DNA of 64,000 bases from an uncultured Bacilli bacterium (lineage in GTDB: Bacteria > Bacillota_I > Bacilli_A > RF39 > UBA660), in the NCBI GenBank assembly GCA_934097015.1, contig CAKONF010000002.1, positions 4,214 to 68,213 of the forward strand, in the 5' to 3' direction. The notes below the pieces were generated by a model. The model made no database searches. It was not told where the DNA came from and saw only the letters and a list, made by a program, of their open reading frames with translations. Of this stretch, positions 29,467 through 39,542 are shown piece by piece. Position numbers and translations under genes: made by a program. How positions within the stretch are numbered: position 1 is the first letter of the stretch; each line of letters starts with the position of its first letter.

Positions 29467-30774
29467 TTAATTTATTATTTTTTGAATATTTTCTTTAAAT
29501 GTTTTATCTGGTTCTATTTGTGGAATATAATGGTGCATATCTCTCGCTCTTTGTTGCTTTCTAGTATATTCATTATCCACGTTTTCAAAATTCCAATATG
29601 TTCTATATGCCTTACCTATATCAAGATACTCATTTTCTAAATATGAGTTTAATTTAGTTAAAAAACCTGAGAATGTATATTTGTCATCTATTTTAAAATT
29701 TAATAATTTAGAGTAATTATTTGCGGTTATACCAACATCATCTTTTATTTTTGCTATATATCTGCTATAATTTCCATGCATTAATTCAGTATAAAACAAT
29801 AAATCCGTATATTTTAAGATCAACAAAAACGTAACAATATAACATTGCTGTTCAGTCCACTTTTCATCCTCAGAAGTTTCTTCATTATTATAAAGTTTAT
29901 ATTTAGATACAAATTCATTAAAAATCTTATTTGAGTCTCTTAACGAAATATTTAATATTTGAAACATTTCAGATATCTTCTTAATTATTTTATCTAAATT
30001 ATAAATATTAGAAGTATCAATCGTTTCATAAAATCTTATAGACAATAAATTATATTGATAATCAAAAAACTTACTAAAATACTTTTCGCTATCCATTTCT
30101 TGACCAAAAATTGTTTTTGCAGATTCTTCAAGTTGTAATTTATCTACAGCTATTATAAATATGCAGTTTTCAACATCAAAGAAATGTTTAATAATTTCTA
30201 AAGTGTCTATAGCAAAGCTTGGTTTACATCTATCTAATTCATCAACAATAAATATTTGCGGTTCTTTACTACAACATTTTTTTAATTTTGTTTCAATTTT
30301 CTTTTTACACGAAACAAACTCATCAAAATCCTTTTTGTAACATTCGTTTTCTATCCCCATGATATTATCTTTTATATCATTTAAATCAACATCATATTTC
30401 TTTTTATAGAAACCATTAATCATAGCATATAAAGATACTAAAATACCTTTACCAAAATTACTGGTAAGTTTAACTAATTTATCTAATTCTTTACCCAATT
30501 TTAATTTATTCTCCATTGATGCAAAAAAAGGTATGTATGGCGTTTCATAAAAATCATATTCATAAGCATTATAATTTAAAAATAAATTCATATTTTCAGA
30601 TTCAATTATTTTTTCTTCTAATTCATTTAAAAATGTACTTTTTCCAGAACCCCATGCACCGTTTAATAAAATAACTAATCCATTTTTACTATTTTCCTTG
30701 TAATCTTCTCTTTTTCTTATTATTTCCAATAAAACATCAACATCAACTTGTCTTGAAACCTTATTCATCTTCAT
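29467..30774 (-). CDS. KAP family P-loop NTPase
   Basis: VILLNGAWGSGKSTFLNEL (Walker A) and QIFIVDELDRCKPSFAIDTLEIIKHFF (the characteristic KAP Walker B block). Confidence 0.8.
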   Translation of the reverse strand: MKMNKVSRQVDVDVLLEIIRKREDYKENSKNGLVILLNGAWGSGKSTFLNELEEKIIESENMNLFLNYNAYEYDFYETPYIPFFASMENKLKLGKELDKLVKLTSNFGKGILVSLYAMINGFYKKKYDVDLNDIKDNIMGIENECYKKDFDEFVSCKKKIETKLKKCCSKEPQIFIVDELDRCKPSFAIDTLEIIKHFFDVENCIFIIAVDKLQLEESAKTIFGQEMDSEKYFSKFFDYQYNLLSIRFYETIDTSNIYNLDKIIKKISEMFQILNISLRDSNKIFNEFVSKYKLYNNEETSEDEKWTEQQCYIVTFLLILKYTDLLFYTELMHGNYSRYIAKIKDDVGITANNYSKLLNFKIDDKYTFSGFLTKLNSYLENEYLDIGKAYRTYWNFENVDNEYTRKQQRARDMHHYIPQIEPDKTFKENIQKIIN

Positions 30775-30809
30775 ATGATCACTCCTTATAGCTTTTTATT
30801 ATATCATTA

Positions 30810-32465
30810 TTATTTGTTTTTTCCAACTCTGCCATAAGGATTTCTTATTTTATTTTCATCAATATAAATAAATTCTATTTGAGGTATAACATCATACTTA
30901 AACTTGATAGTAATATTTCTATCTTTATCTATTATTATCTTATCTATTAGAGCTTCTATTAACTCTCTTTTTGGCTTAGTTAAATCTAATAATTCTTTAA
31001 TCTTTTTAATGTAATTTGGTAATATACTTTGATTATTTCTTGAAGTATATTTTTTTAATTCTTCTTCATCTATTCTTTCAACAATTTGTTTTAATTTTAA
31101 TTCATATGAACTAGCCAATTCTTTATATACATTAGCAGATATTACTCCATCACACCTATCGTTATACAACATAGATATTTTATTAGTAATCTTTTCTTTT
31201 TCTAATTTTAAACCTTTTATAACTTCATCTATATTTTCTTTTTCTTTATGAATATTCTTTGTTATTTCATTATTTAATTTCTCTAAATCCAATTCATTAA
31301 CTAATTCAGATACGACATTATTAATCTTCTCTAATATTTGTTTTTCTAAATAGTTATATGGAAAGAAATGAGAATAACATCTACCTCTAATAGGATCTCT
31401 TGAATATCTATTACAATTAATAGACCAATAATCTTTATTTCTTCTATAAAGTACGGTTAATCGATTACCACATTCTTTACAAAATAATTTACCTTCTAAT
31501 ATCCTTTTTTCTCTTTTTGTTTTTATTTCATAATTTCTTGTTTTTCTTTTTCTTAAAATATTAACATAATTAAAGGTTTCTCTATCCACTAAAGCTTCAT
31601 GAGTATTTTCAACTATAGTCCATAACTTTTCATCAAGTGTTATTTTCTTCTTTGATTTATAATTAACTTTAGTTTGAACATGTTGCACCATATCACCAGT
31701 ATAAATTCTATTTGATAGTATCTTTGTAACTGTTGTAATATTCCAAGTATCTCTATTAATAAGTTGTGATGAATAAGAAGTCTTTTTATAGCTACTTGGA
31801 GTTGGCACTTTCATTTCATTTAGTTTATTTGCTATTTCAGTAGGTCCAACTCCATTAGCTCTTAATTTAAATATTTCTTTCACAATCCAATCTGTTTCTG
31901 GATTAGGTATTAGATGACCTTTATCTTCCGGATCTCTCATATAACCAAAACTAGGTAAACTCCCAACAAATTTCCCATTTAATCTTTTTTGATTTAATAC
32001 TGCTCTAATTTTAACTGAATTTTGTTTACTATAATAATCATTACAAGCAATAATAAATGTAGATGAATCATTACTTGCTTGTTCTTTAAATGTATCAACT
32101 GATTCCGATATAGAAATAAATCTAATATTATTCTCTGGGAAAAATGTTTCTGTATAATATCCGGTCATAACGTGGTCTCTTCCAAATCTAGATAAATCTT
32201 TAACTATTACACAATTTATCTTTTTGCTTTTTATATCTTCTAGCATTTTTTTAAATGCTGGTCTATCAAAATCAGTTCCAGAAAATCCATCATCAACATA
32301 TTCTCCAACTAGATTAAAATTATTACTATTTACATAACTTCTTAATAATTCTTTTTGATTAATTACACTTTCACTATCAGATTCATATTTTTTATCTTTG
32401 TCTTCTTGAGATAATCTTATATAGATTCCAGTATTGAAATCTTTATCAGTTAAGTTATTATTCAT
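30810..32465 (-). CDS. large serine recombinase (integrase)
   Basis: Resolvase catalytic domain (GIYIRLSQED, YVDDGFSGTDFDRP, VKDLSRFGRD), a recombinase domain, a Cys-rich zinc ribbon (CKECGNRL...CNRY...RGRCYSH) and a coiled-coil C-terminus. 551 aa. Confidence 0.9.
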   Translation of the reverse strand: MNNNLTDKDFNTGIYIRLSQEDKDKKYESDSESVINQKELLRSYVNSNNFNLVGEYVDDGFSGTDFDRPAFKKMLEDIKSKKINCVIVKDLSRFGRDHVMTGYYTETFFPENNIRFISISESVDTFKEQASNDSSTFIIACNDYYSKQNSVKIRAVLNQKRLNGKFVGSLPSFGYMRDPEDKGHLIPNPETDWIVKEIFKLRANGVGPTEIANKLNEMKVPTPSSYKKTSYSSQLINRDTWNITTVTKILSNRIYTGDMVQHVQTKVNYKSKKKITLDEKLWTIVENTHEALVDRETFNYVNILRKRKTRNYEIKTKREKRILEGKLFCKECGNRLTVLYRRNKDYWSINCNRYSRDPIRGRCYSHFFPYNYLEKQILEKINNVVSELVNELDLEKLNNEITKNIHKEKENIDEVIKGLKLEKEKITNKISMLYNDRCDGVISANVYKELASSYELKLKQIVERIDEEELKKYTSRNNQSILPNYIKKIKELLDLTKPKRELIEALIDKIIIDKDRNITIKFKYDVIPQIEFIYIDENKIRNPYGRVGKNK

Positions 32466-32943
32466 TTTATATCCTTTTACTTAAATGGGTGTTAAAACAA
32501 ATGAATGATAATATCATAATAAAATTATTGCAAATCATTATTTAAATGATTCTCCTTTTGTTCTTTAATTATCTCTTTAATAAGATATTGTAAAATAAGA
32601 TCTTTAAACGAAATGTTATTCAAGTAGGCTCCTTCCATAATTAAACCACCTATTTAAATTTATGTTTGTATTTATTATTTTTGAATTTTTTTCATATATA
32701 TATCTACTTTCTTTCTTTTTACATTAGTATTACTAATAATTTTATAGAATTATTTATTATATTATTATTGAACCGAATGTCCTTTGAGCGTAAAAAAAAC
32801 ATCTAACTCTTTAAAAAAAATTTTCTAGTAAGTCAGATGTAAACTTTTCTGTATTAATATAAATTTTTCTTTTTTTGTGCTTTTCGATGCTTTTTTGTGC
32901 CGAATGGTATTATTGTTGAAATTATTTGAAGATAAATTATATA

Positions 32944-35900
32944 CTAAAATTTACTACTTGAAATATTAAAGAATTTATTAAAAAAGCTTAATAATTTATC
33001 TATAACATTATTTTTCTTTTCTTGCCTATCATTTGTAGGCGTAAACATGTTCATAGGTGGAAGAATTGCTGATACTTCAGTACCATTTGTTTCTACTCTT
33101 CCTTGTTCAAATGATTTTTGAATAAAATTGTACGTTTCTTCTTTGTTAAGATTTTCTTCAACAATTATTTTATCTAATTCTTCTTTCTTTTTGCTATCCA
33201 TAAATGATTCAAAATCAGCATATACATTTGAATCTTGATCTAATGATTCAATAAATGACATAATTAAATCTTTCTTATTTCTTAAATCTGGACTTGCCAT
33301 GATTGTCTTTTGAATAGTTACAAGAATTTCTTTATCTTCCATGTTGCTATCATGGTATTTCTTAACTAACCCTAAGATATAATCAATATTAACTTCTATA
33401 GATTTAATTAATTCCATTTCAAATACTACATCTTCAGTAACATCAGTTTTTTCTTGCTTAGCTTTATTTCTAAATTCATTATACAGTTCAATATAGATAC
33501 TATGATAATCTTGCTTATCTCTTTCACTAATTAACTCTTCATTATTGAATTCATCAAATGATGATAATATATTGGTTACTTTTAATATTGCACCATAAAG
33601 TTTTATAAACTCTTTTTGTTCTGTCTCACTTTGCATTAACTCACCTGGAATAAATTTAGAAGTCAAATTTTCAACTAATGTCTTGTATCCTTCGAATATT
33701 TTGCCATTCTCATCTTCATATCCATAATAGTAGTCTTTATATGATTTTAATAATACAATGCCACGTGCGTTTTCATCCCCAAATTTAGCAAGTGCTTCAT
33801 TAAGCCTATCTTCTAAATTTCTAAATGAAACTATATTACCATATGTTTTTACACTATTTAAGATTCTATTAGTTCTTGAGAACGCTTGAATTAATCCATG
33901 CCATTTTAAATTCTTATCAACCCATAATGTATTTAATGTTTTTGCATCAAAACCTGTTAAAAACATATTAGCAACGATTAATATATCTATTTCTCTATTT
34001 TTCATTCTTAGAGATACATCTTTATAGTAATTTTGAAATTTTTCTGATGATGTATCATAACTTGTTCCAAACATATTATTATAATCTTTAATAGCATTTT
34101 CTAAAAATGTTCTATCATCTGTACTTAATGCTTCTGTTGATTCAGAGTTTTCATCAATTACTCCATCTTCTCCATTAACACCATAAGAATATATTATTGC
34201 TACTTTAAGATTACTCTTTTTTATATCTAATTGTTTCTTAAATTCAGCATAGTATTCTTTAGCCATTTTAATGTTGGATACAGCAAACAATGAGTTAAAT
34301 CCATTAATATTCTTCTTAGACTTAATTTCTTCTGCATCTTGTTTTTTAGCTACTGCAGAAACATTATCTAAAGTTGAATAAACATAACTTTCAGATGTCT
34401 TAGTTTTTGTACTAAAATGCTCTATTATATAATCTGTAATCAGAGAAATTCTAATTTGGTTATCAAATAGTTTTTCTTCATCAATATTATATACTTTTTC
34501 ATCTTGAACACCCTCACGAATATCAATTCTTCCAACATATTCATATCTAAATGGTAATACATTCTTATCAGCAATAGCATTTACTATTGTATAAGTATGT
34601 AATCTTTCTCCAAAAATTTGTTCTGTTGTTTCAGAGATACCTTTAATAGTTCTAGCATTCTCTGGAAATATTGGAGTTCCAGTAAATCCAAATAAATAAT
34701 ATTTATTAAACTTCTTAATAATAGCTTTATGCATATCTCCAAATTGAGATCTATGACATTCATCAAATATAAATACTACATGTTTATTAAATACATCACT
34801 GTTCTCATTTTTCTTGATAAATTGTGATAATTTTTGAATTGTAGTAATAATAATCTTAGTACTTGGATCATTTAATTGTCCTTCTAATATTTTTGTTGAG
34901 GTATTAGAATTAGCTGCTCCTTCTTTAAATCTGTCGTATTCTTTCATTGTTTGATAATCTAGGTCTTTTCTATCTACAACGAATAGTACTTTATCAATAA
35001 AATCTAATTTCCTAGCAAGTTGTGAAGTTTTGAACGAAGTTAATGTTTTTCCAGAACCCGTTGTATGCCAAATATAACCACCTGATTTTAAAGTTCCATA
35101 AAACTTATTATTATATGCAATATTAATTCTATTTAAAATCTTTTCAGTAGCAACTATTTGATAAGGACGCATTACTAATAAATCTTCTTCAGAAGTAAAT
35201 ACACAATATTTAGTTAATGTATTTAATAACGTATGTTTAGTAAAAAATGTTCTGGCAAAATCAATTAAATCAGTAATACCATTATTTTTTTGATCTGCCC
35301 AATATGAAGTAAATTCAAATGAGTTTGACTTCTTTTTCTTTTGATTATTTATATGAAACTCTCTTGTAGTATTTGAATAATACTTAGTTAATGTTCCATT
35401 TGATATAACAAATATTTGAACAAAGTTATATAATCCTGATCCTGCCCAGAAAGAATCTCTTTGATATCTTTCTATTTGATTAAAAGCTTCTCTTAAATCT
35501 ACTCCTCTTTTTTTTAGTTCTACATGAACTAAAGGTAGTCCATTTACTAAAATAGTTACATCATATCTATTATCATGTTTTCCATCATTATTAACATACT
35601 GATTTAATACTTGAAGACTATTATTATGAATATTATTCTTATCTATTAAATAGATATTTTTCTTCTCATCTGAATCAAGAGTTATTTCTTGTTTATAATC
35701 TTCTTGAATTAATCTTGTCTTTTCAATAATATAATCATTTTTATTTGCTATTACTTTAGTGAAAAAACTATCCCATTCTCCATCACTAAAATGATAATTA
35801 TTAAGTTTTTCTAATTGTTTTCTTAAGTTAAGAATTAATTCATCTTCAGAGTTAATATTTAGTCTTTCATAACCCTGTTCAACTAAAGTTTTAATTAATT

Positions 35901-36012
35901 CTTTTTCTAAAGCATCTTCACTTTGAAAAGATGTTGTTACTCTATTTAATACTTTATACTCAGTAAGTACTGTTGAATTATCATTTTCACTTATTAATCC
36001 TATATTAGTCAT
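32944..36012 (-). CDS. hsdR: type I restriction enzyme R subunit
   Basis: WHTTGSGKTLTS (motif I) and FIFDECHRSQ (DEAH-type motif II). 1022 aa, in an operon with hsdM and hsdS. Confidence 0.92.
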   Translation of the reverse strand: MTNIGLISENDNSTVLTEYKVLNRVTTSFQSEDALEKELIKTLVEQGYERLNINSEDELILNLRKQLEKLNNYHFSDGEWDSFFTKVIANKNDYIIEKTRLIQEDYKQEITLDSDEKKNIYLIDKNNIHNNSLQVLNQYVNNDGKHDNRYDVTILVNGLPLVHVELKKRGVDLREAFNQIERYQRDSFWAGSGLYNFVQIFVISNGTLTKYYSNTTREFHINNQKKKKSNSFEFTSYWADQKNNGITDLIDFARTFFTKHTLLNTLTKYCVFTSEEDLLVMRPYQIVATEKILNRINIAYNNKFYGTLKSGGYIWHTTGSGKTLTSFKTSQLARKLDFIDKVLFVVDRKDLDYQTMKEYDRFKEGAANSNTSTKILEGQLNDPSTKIIITTIQKLSQFIKKNENSDVFNKHVVFIFDECHRSQFGDMHKAIIKKFNKYYLFGFTGTPIFPENARTIKGISETTEQIFGERLHTYTIVNAIADKNVLPFRYEYVGRIDIREGVQDEKVYNIDEEKLFDNQIRISLITDYIIEHFSTKTKTSESYVYSTLDNVSAVAKKQDAEEIKSKKNINGFNSLFAVSNIKMAKEYYAEFKKQLDIKKSNLKVAIIYSYGVNGEDGVIDENSESTEALSTDDRTFLENAIKDYNNMFGTSYDTSSEKFQNYYKDVSLRMKNREIDILIVANMFLTGFDAKTLNTLWVDKNLKWHGLIQAFSRTNRILNSVKTYGNIVSFRNLEDRLNEALAKFGDENARGIVLLKSYKDYYYGYEDENGKIFEGYKTLVENLTSKFIPGELMQSETEQKEFIKLYGAILKVTNILSSFDEFNNEELISERDKQDYHSIYIELYNEFRNKAKQEKTDVTEDVVFEMELIKSIEVNIDYILGLVKKYHDSNMEDKEILVTIQKTIMASPDLRNKKDLIMSFIESLDQDSNVYADFESFMDSKKKEELDKIIVEENLNKEETYNFIQKSFEQGRVETNGTEVSAILPPMNMFTPTNDRQEKKNNVIDKLLSFFNKFFNISSSKF

Positions 36013-36016
36013 TACT

Positions 36017-36649
36017 TCACACTTCCCATCTATACCATTTCTTATAAAATTCCCAATCTTTTTTTAATTTACACATTTGCATATTGCTCATTAAAGTGTT
36101 AATTCTATTTCGTTCATCACAAATAGAATCTAATGTTTCATCAATTAAAGTCTTCGCATTTTTTATATTTTTTTTATTCTTTTTGCCAATATAATCAAGT
36201 GCAAAAAACACCTTCGCGTCAGTTACATTGTACGCATCTAATAAATCAAGATGTTTTGCATAAAAACTGATGTCATTCTTTTCTTTTATTAAATTATTAT
36301 AGGAATTAATTCTAAAATAATATTCATCATAAACTTTTAAATAGTTTTTATTATTTTTAATTTTATTTAAATTGTCTTTAAAACCATGTAGCCATAAATA
36401 ATAATCTCTTATATTATTTAAAAAAATTGTATCTTGTCTTTCACTCTCATTTTTGTAATCAAATATTAATATACATAATGACACAAATGCTCCTGTAATA
36501 GCATTAATTAATATTGTTTCACAAATATCTATTTGATTTGGTGTAGGATGAAATATCTCAACAAAAATCAAAATAATGATTAAGGTAGTAATCAATAAAA
36601 ATAACCAATACATAGAATTTTTTATTTTATTCATACTGTATATCCTCAA
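36017..36649 (-). CDS. 2-TM membrane protein of unknown function embedded between hsdS and hsdR
   Basis: Hydrophobic helices (WLFLLITTLIIILIFVEIF, AITGAFVSLCILIF) followed by a ~140-aa helical soluble part. The likely start, ATG at 36634, overlaps the hsdS stop, and the gene ends 4 nt before the hsdR start. Confidence 0.6.
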   Translation of the reverse strand: MRIYSMNKIKNSMYWLFLLITTLIIILIFVEIFHPTPNQIDICETILINAITGAFVSLCILIFDYKNESERQDTIFLNNIRDYYLWLHGFKDNLNKIKNNKNYLKVYDEYYFRINSYNNLIKEKNDISFYAKHLDLLDAYNVTDAKVFFALDYIGKKNKKNIKNAKTLIDETLDSICDERNRINTLMSNMQMCKLKKDWEFYKKWYRWEV

Positions 36650-37772
36650 AATTTAATAATTTATTTCTATAATATTCATATTGTTTTCTTCTTAATTCTA
36701 TTTCTGCAGGAAGACCGATTGAAATATCACTTATTAATTTTTCAAACTTATCCAATATACCGACTATTCGATTCTGTTCTTCAATCGGAGGAATTATTAA
36801 ATCAAGTTGCTTAACTGTTGGAGTGGTCAATTGTGGAATGCTACCTCCTGATTGCTTAAATTCGTGTCCATATAATGCATAATGTAAATATTTAGCTGAA
36901 ATTATTTTTTCATCTGGAATAAGAGTTATCAAACGAATTATTGGAGTAAACTTGCCATATCTTACTTCGTGATAACCTATTGTGCCTCTTGCAGCTATAG
37001 TTACACATGATTGAACATCTACTTTATAATTTTTACTATATCCATATATAGCATTCTCTCCTACGCCATTTGATATAACCGGATATTTATAATCATCTTG
37101 CGGTTTAGAAATTCCTTTTATTGTATCTTCAGGTACATCACCGCCTGCAGAAATATTTTTGCATACTTCAGTTATATTATATTTTTTATAATTATCATTC
37201 TTTTTATCCAAGAGTATGACACGCCAAAACTCATATTGACTCTTTCTCGTTTCTATCTCCGCTTCTATCTCCGCTTCTAGCTCGCCAAATTTATCAAGAA
37301 TTCGTACTATTTCCTCTTGTACTTCTAATGGAGGTACAGGTACTTTTAGTTTTTCTATCACCCTTCTATCTAATGTAGGAATACCAGCTTTTCTAACTCT
37401 ACCAATAAAATATTTTTCATTATTCTTTAAATAGTGATACAAAAACCTATTAATAAATAAATCATTATGTTCTAAGCAATAGCAACCATCTGAAGACCAA
37501 AAATTATTTTTTGAATATCCAACTACACCTGCAGATGCTCCAACATTTATTATCATAACGGTATCACTAAAACGATTATATTTATTATAATAACCTAAAG
37601 GGTTCAAACCACCATGATATACAGGATAATTTGCTTCAAAATTTAATTTTTTTATTGTTAATCTCTTTCCTCTTAATACCTTTGAAAAGCTTGAAATTGC
37701 TTTATATTTAACTCCATTAGGACACAACTCTTTTATTAAATCGTTTATCTTACTCATGATAATCAACCTCAA
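36627..37772 (-). CDS. hsdS: type I R-M specificity subunit
   Basis: Two target-recognition halves separated by conserved helices: PPLEVQEEIVRILDKFGELEAEIEAEIETRKSQYEFWR and PPIEEQNRIVGILDKFEKLISDISIGLPAEIELRRKQYEYYR. Confidence 0.9.
   Translation of the reverse strand: MRLIIMSKINDLIKELCPNGVKYKAISSFSKVLRGKRLTIKKLNFEANYPVYHGGLNPLGYYNKYNRFSDTVMIINVGASAGVVGYSKNNFWSSDGCYCLEHNDLFINRFLYHYLKNNEKYFIGRVRKAGIPTLDRRVIEKLKVPVPPLEVQEEIVRILDKFGELEAEIEAEIETRKSQYEFWRVILLDKKNDNYKKYNITEVCKNISAGGDVPEDTIKGISKPQDDYKYPVISNGVGENAIYGYSKNYKVDVQSCVTIAARGTIGYHEVRYGKFTPIIRLITLIPDEKIISAKYLHYALYGHEFKQSGGSIPQLTTPTVKQLDLIIPPIEEQNRIVGILDKFEKLISDISIGLPAEIELRRKQYEYYRNKLLNFEDIQYE
37251..37286. repeat. 12-bp tandem repeat (2 perfect copies plus 1 degenerate) inside the hsdS central conserved helix
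   Basis: TTCTATCTCCGC TTCTATCTCCGC TTCTAGCTCGCC on the plus strand encodes (L)EAEI-EAEI-E on the minus strand. Confidence 0.85.
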
Positions 37773-39345
37773 GTTCTTTAATTATTTCTTCTAGTTCTTC
37801 TCTAATTTGTTGTTGTCTAGGTACAATTTCAGCAAGCTTTCTATTTACTTCTTCTATATCGATTTTTTTATCTTCAGTATTTGTTTTTACATATGAATTA
37901 ACTGAGATATTATAATCATTATCTTTGATTTCTTCATAAGTTGCTAAATAGGATTTATTTTCAATTGATTTTCTATTCTTTAAGAAACTAATTATATTAT
38001 TAATGTTTTCTTCTGATAATTTGTTTTTATTAGATTTTCTAACATATTCACTAGAGGCATCTACAAATAATATATTATTATCTAATTTATTTTTCTTTAA
38101 TACTAAAATACAAGTTGCAATTGATGTACCAAAGAATAAATCAGAAGGTAATTGAATGACAGTATCAACAAAGTTATTATCAATCATATATTTTCTAATC
38201 TTTTGCTCTGCTCCACCTCTATAAAGAACTCCAGGAAATTCAACTATTGCAGCAGTTCCTTTTGGAGAAAGCCATGACAACATATGCATAGTAAAAGCTA
38301 AGTCTGCTTTTGATACTGGTGCCAACACACCAGCTGGAGCAAATCTTTCATCATTTATTAATAGTGGATTAGACTTGCCTGCCCATTTTATTGAATAAGG
38401 GGGATTAGATACTATTGCATCAAATGGTTCATCATTCCAATGTACTGGATGTATTAATGTATCTCCTCTTTCAATACTAAAGTTATTATAATTGATATTA
38501 TGTAAGAACATATTTATTCTAGCTAAGTTGTATGTTGTAAGATTTATTTCTTGACCGAAAAATCCTTCTCTTACATTTTCTTTTCCAAGTATCTTCGCAA
38601 ATTTAAGTAATAATCCACCTGAACCACAAGCAGGATCATATACTTTATTAACAGATGTTTTATCCATTATTACTATTTTAGCAAGTAATTCTCCAACTTC
38701 TTGTGGAGTAAAAAATTCTCCACCTGATTTACCTGCTGATGATGCATACATTGTCATTAAAAATTCATAAGCATCTCCAAATAAATCTATCTTATTTTCT
38801 TCATAATCTCCAAAATTCAATTCTCCTATTGCACTTAATAATTTAACAAGTTTTTCGTTTCTTTCATCAACTGTATTACCCAATTTATTATCTATGGTAA
38901 AATCATCAAATAACCCTTTAACATCATTCTCTGATGCAGTTCCTCTTGCTGATGATTCAATATTATTAAATATATTAGAAATTACTACATTTAAATTTTC
39001 ATTTTTATCGGCATTTTTTCTAACGTTACAAAATAATTCACTAGGTAAAATAAATAATCCTTTTTCTTCTAATATTTGTGTTTTTCCCAATAATGCTTCA
39101 TCATCAGATATATTTCTATATTTAAAATCTTCAATACCTACTTTTCTTTGATTTTCATTAACATAATTTTCTATATTTTCTGAAATAAATCTATAAAATA
39201 ATAGACCTAATACATATTGTTTAAAATCCCATCCATCTACTGAACCTCTTAAATCATTTGCTATTTTCCAAATAGTTTTATGCAATTCTTCTCTTTCAAT
39301 CTCTTTTTTATTATTCATTAACTTCCACACTCCTAGTACTTTCAT
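37750..39345 (-). CDS. hsdM: type I R-M N6-adenine DNA methyltransferase subunit
   Basis: HsdM N-terminal domain (LHKTIWKIANDLRGSVDGWDFKQYVLGLLFYRF), DPACGSGG (SAM-binding motif) and VSNPPYSIKW (NPPY motif). The true start is probably the internal MNNKKEIE. Confidence 0.92.
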   Translation of the reverse strand: MKVLGVWKLMNNKKEIEREELHKTIWKIANDLRGSVDGWDFKQYVLGLLFYRFISENIENYVNENQRKVGIEDFKYRNISDDEALLGKTQILEEKGLFILPSELFCNVRKNADKNENLNVVISNIFNNIESSARGTASENDVKGLFDDFTIDNKLGNTVDERNEKLVKLLSAIGELNFGDYEENKIDLFGDAYEFLMTMYASSAGKSGGEFFTPQEVGELLAKIVIMDKTSVNKVYDPACGSGGLLLKFAKILGKENVREGFFGQEINLTTYNLARINMFLHNINYNNFSIERGDTLIHPVHWNDEPFDAIVSNPPYSIKWAGKSNPLLINDERFAPAGVLAPVSKADLAFTMHMLSWLSPKGTAAIVEFPGVLYRGGAEQKIRKYMIDNNFVDTVIQLPSDLFFGTSIATCILVLKKNKLDNNILFVDASSEYVRKSNKNKLSEENINNIISFLKNRKSIENKSYLATYEEIKDNDYNISVNSYVKTNTEDKKIDIEEVNRKLAEIVPRQQQIREELEEIIKELEVDYHE

Positions 39346-39389
39346 TTACAATTATATCATGAATTTTGTTTTTTTGGGGTTTAATTCCA

Positions 39390-39417
39390 GCAAAAAAGAA
39401 GAAATTAATCTTCTTCT
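39390..39417 (-). terminator. intrinsic terminator after the Fic gene, separating it from the hsd operon
   Basis: Minus-strand AGAAGAA-GATTAAT-TTCTTCT followed by TTTTTT. Confidence 0.6.
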
Positions 39418-39542
39418 GTATGTCTATTTTTTATTTATAGTATTCAACATTATAATTTTGATTGTTATCAAGTATTAGTTCTAAATTAAATTTCTATTTA
39501 TTAGCATCTCTTATTATTTAAAATTTATAAAAATACTATAAA

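Noticed and set aside
34584-34766. A 60-aa minus-strand ORF inside hsdR in another frame.
   Set aside because: It is fully nested in a well-supported 1022-aa gene, with no RBS and no motif.
37251-37286. Short tandem repeats as a possible CRISPR or minisatellite.
   Set aside because: Only 2-3 copies of 12 bp are present, with no spacers, and they lie in frame within hsdS. They are interpreted as the HsdS coiled-coil repeat. No CRISPR-like array was seen anywhere in the window.
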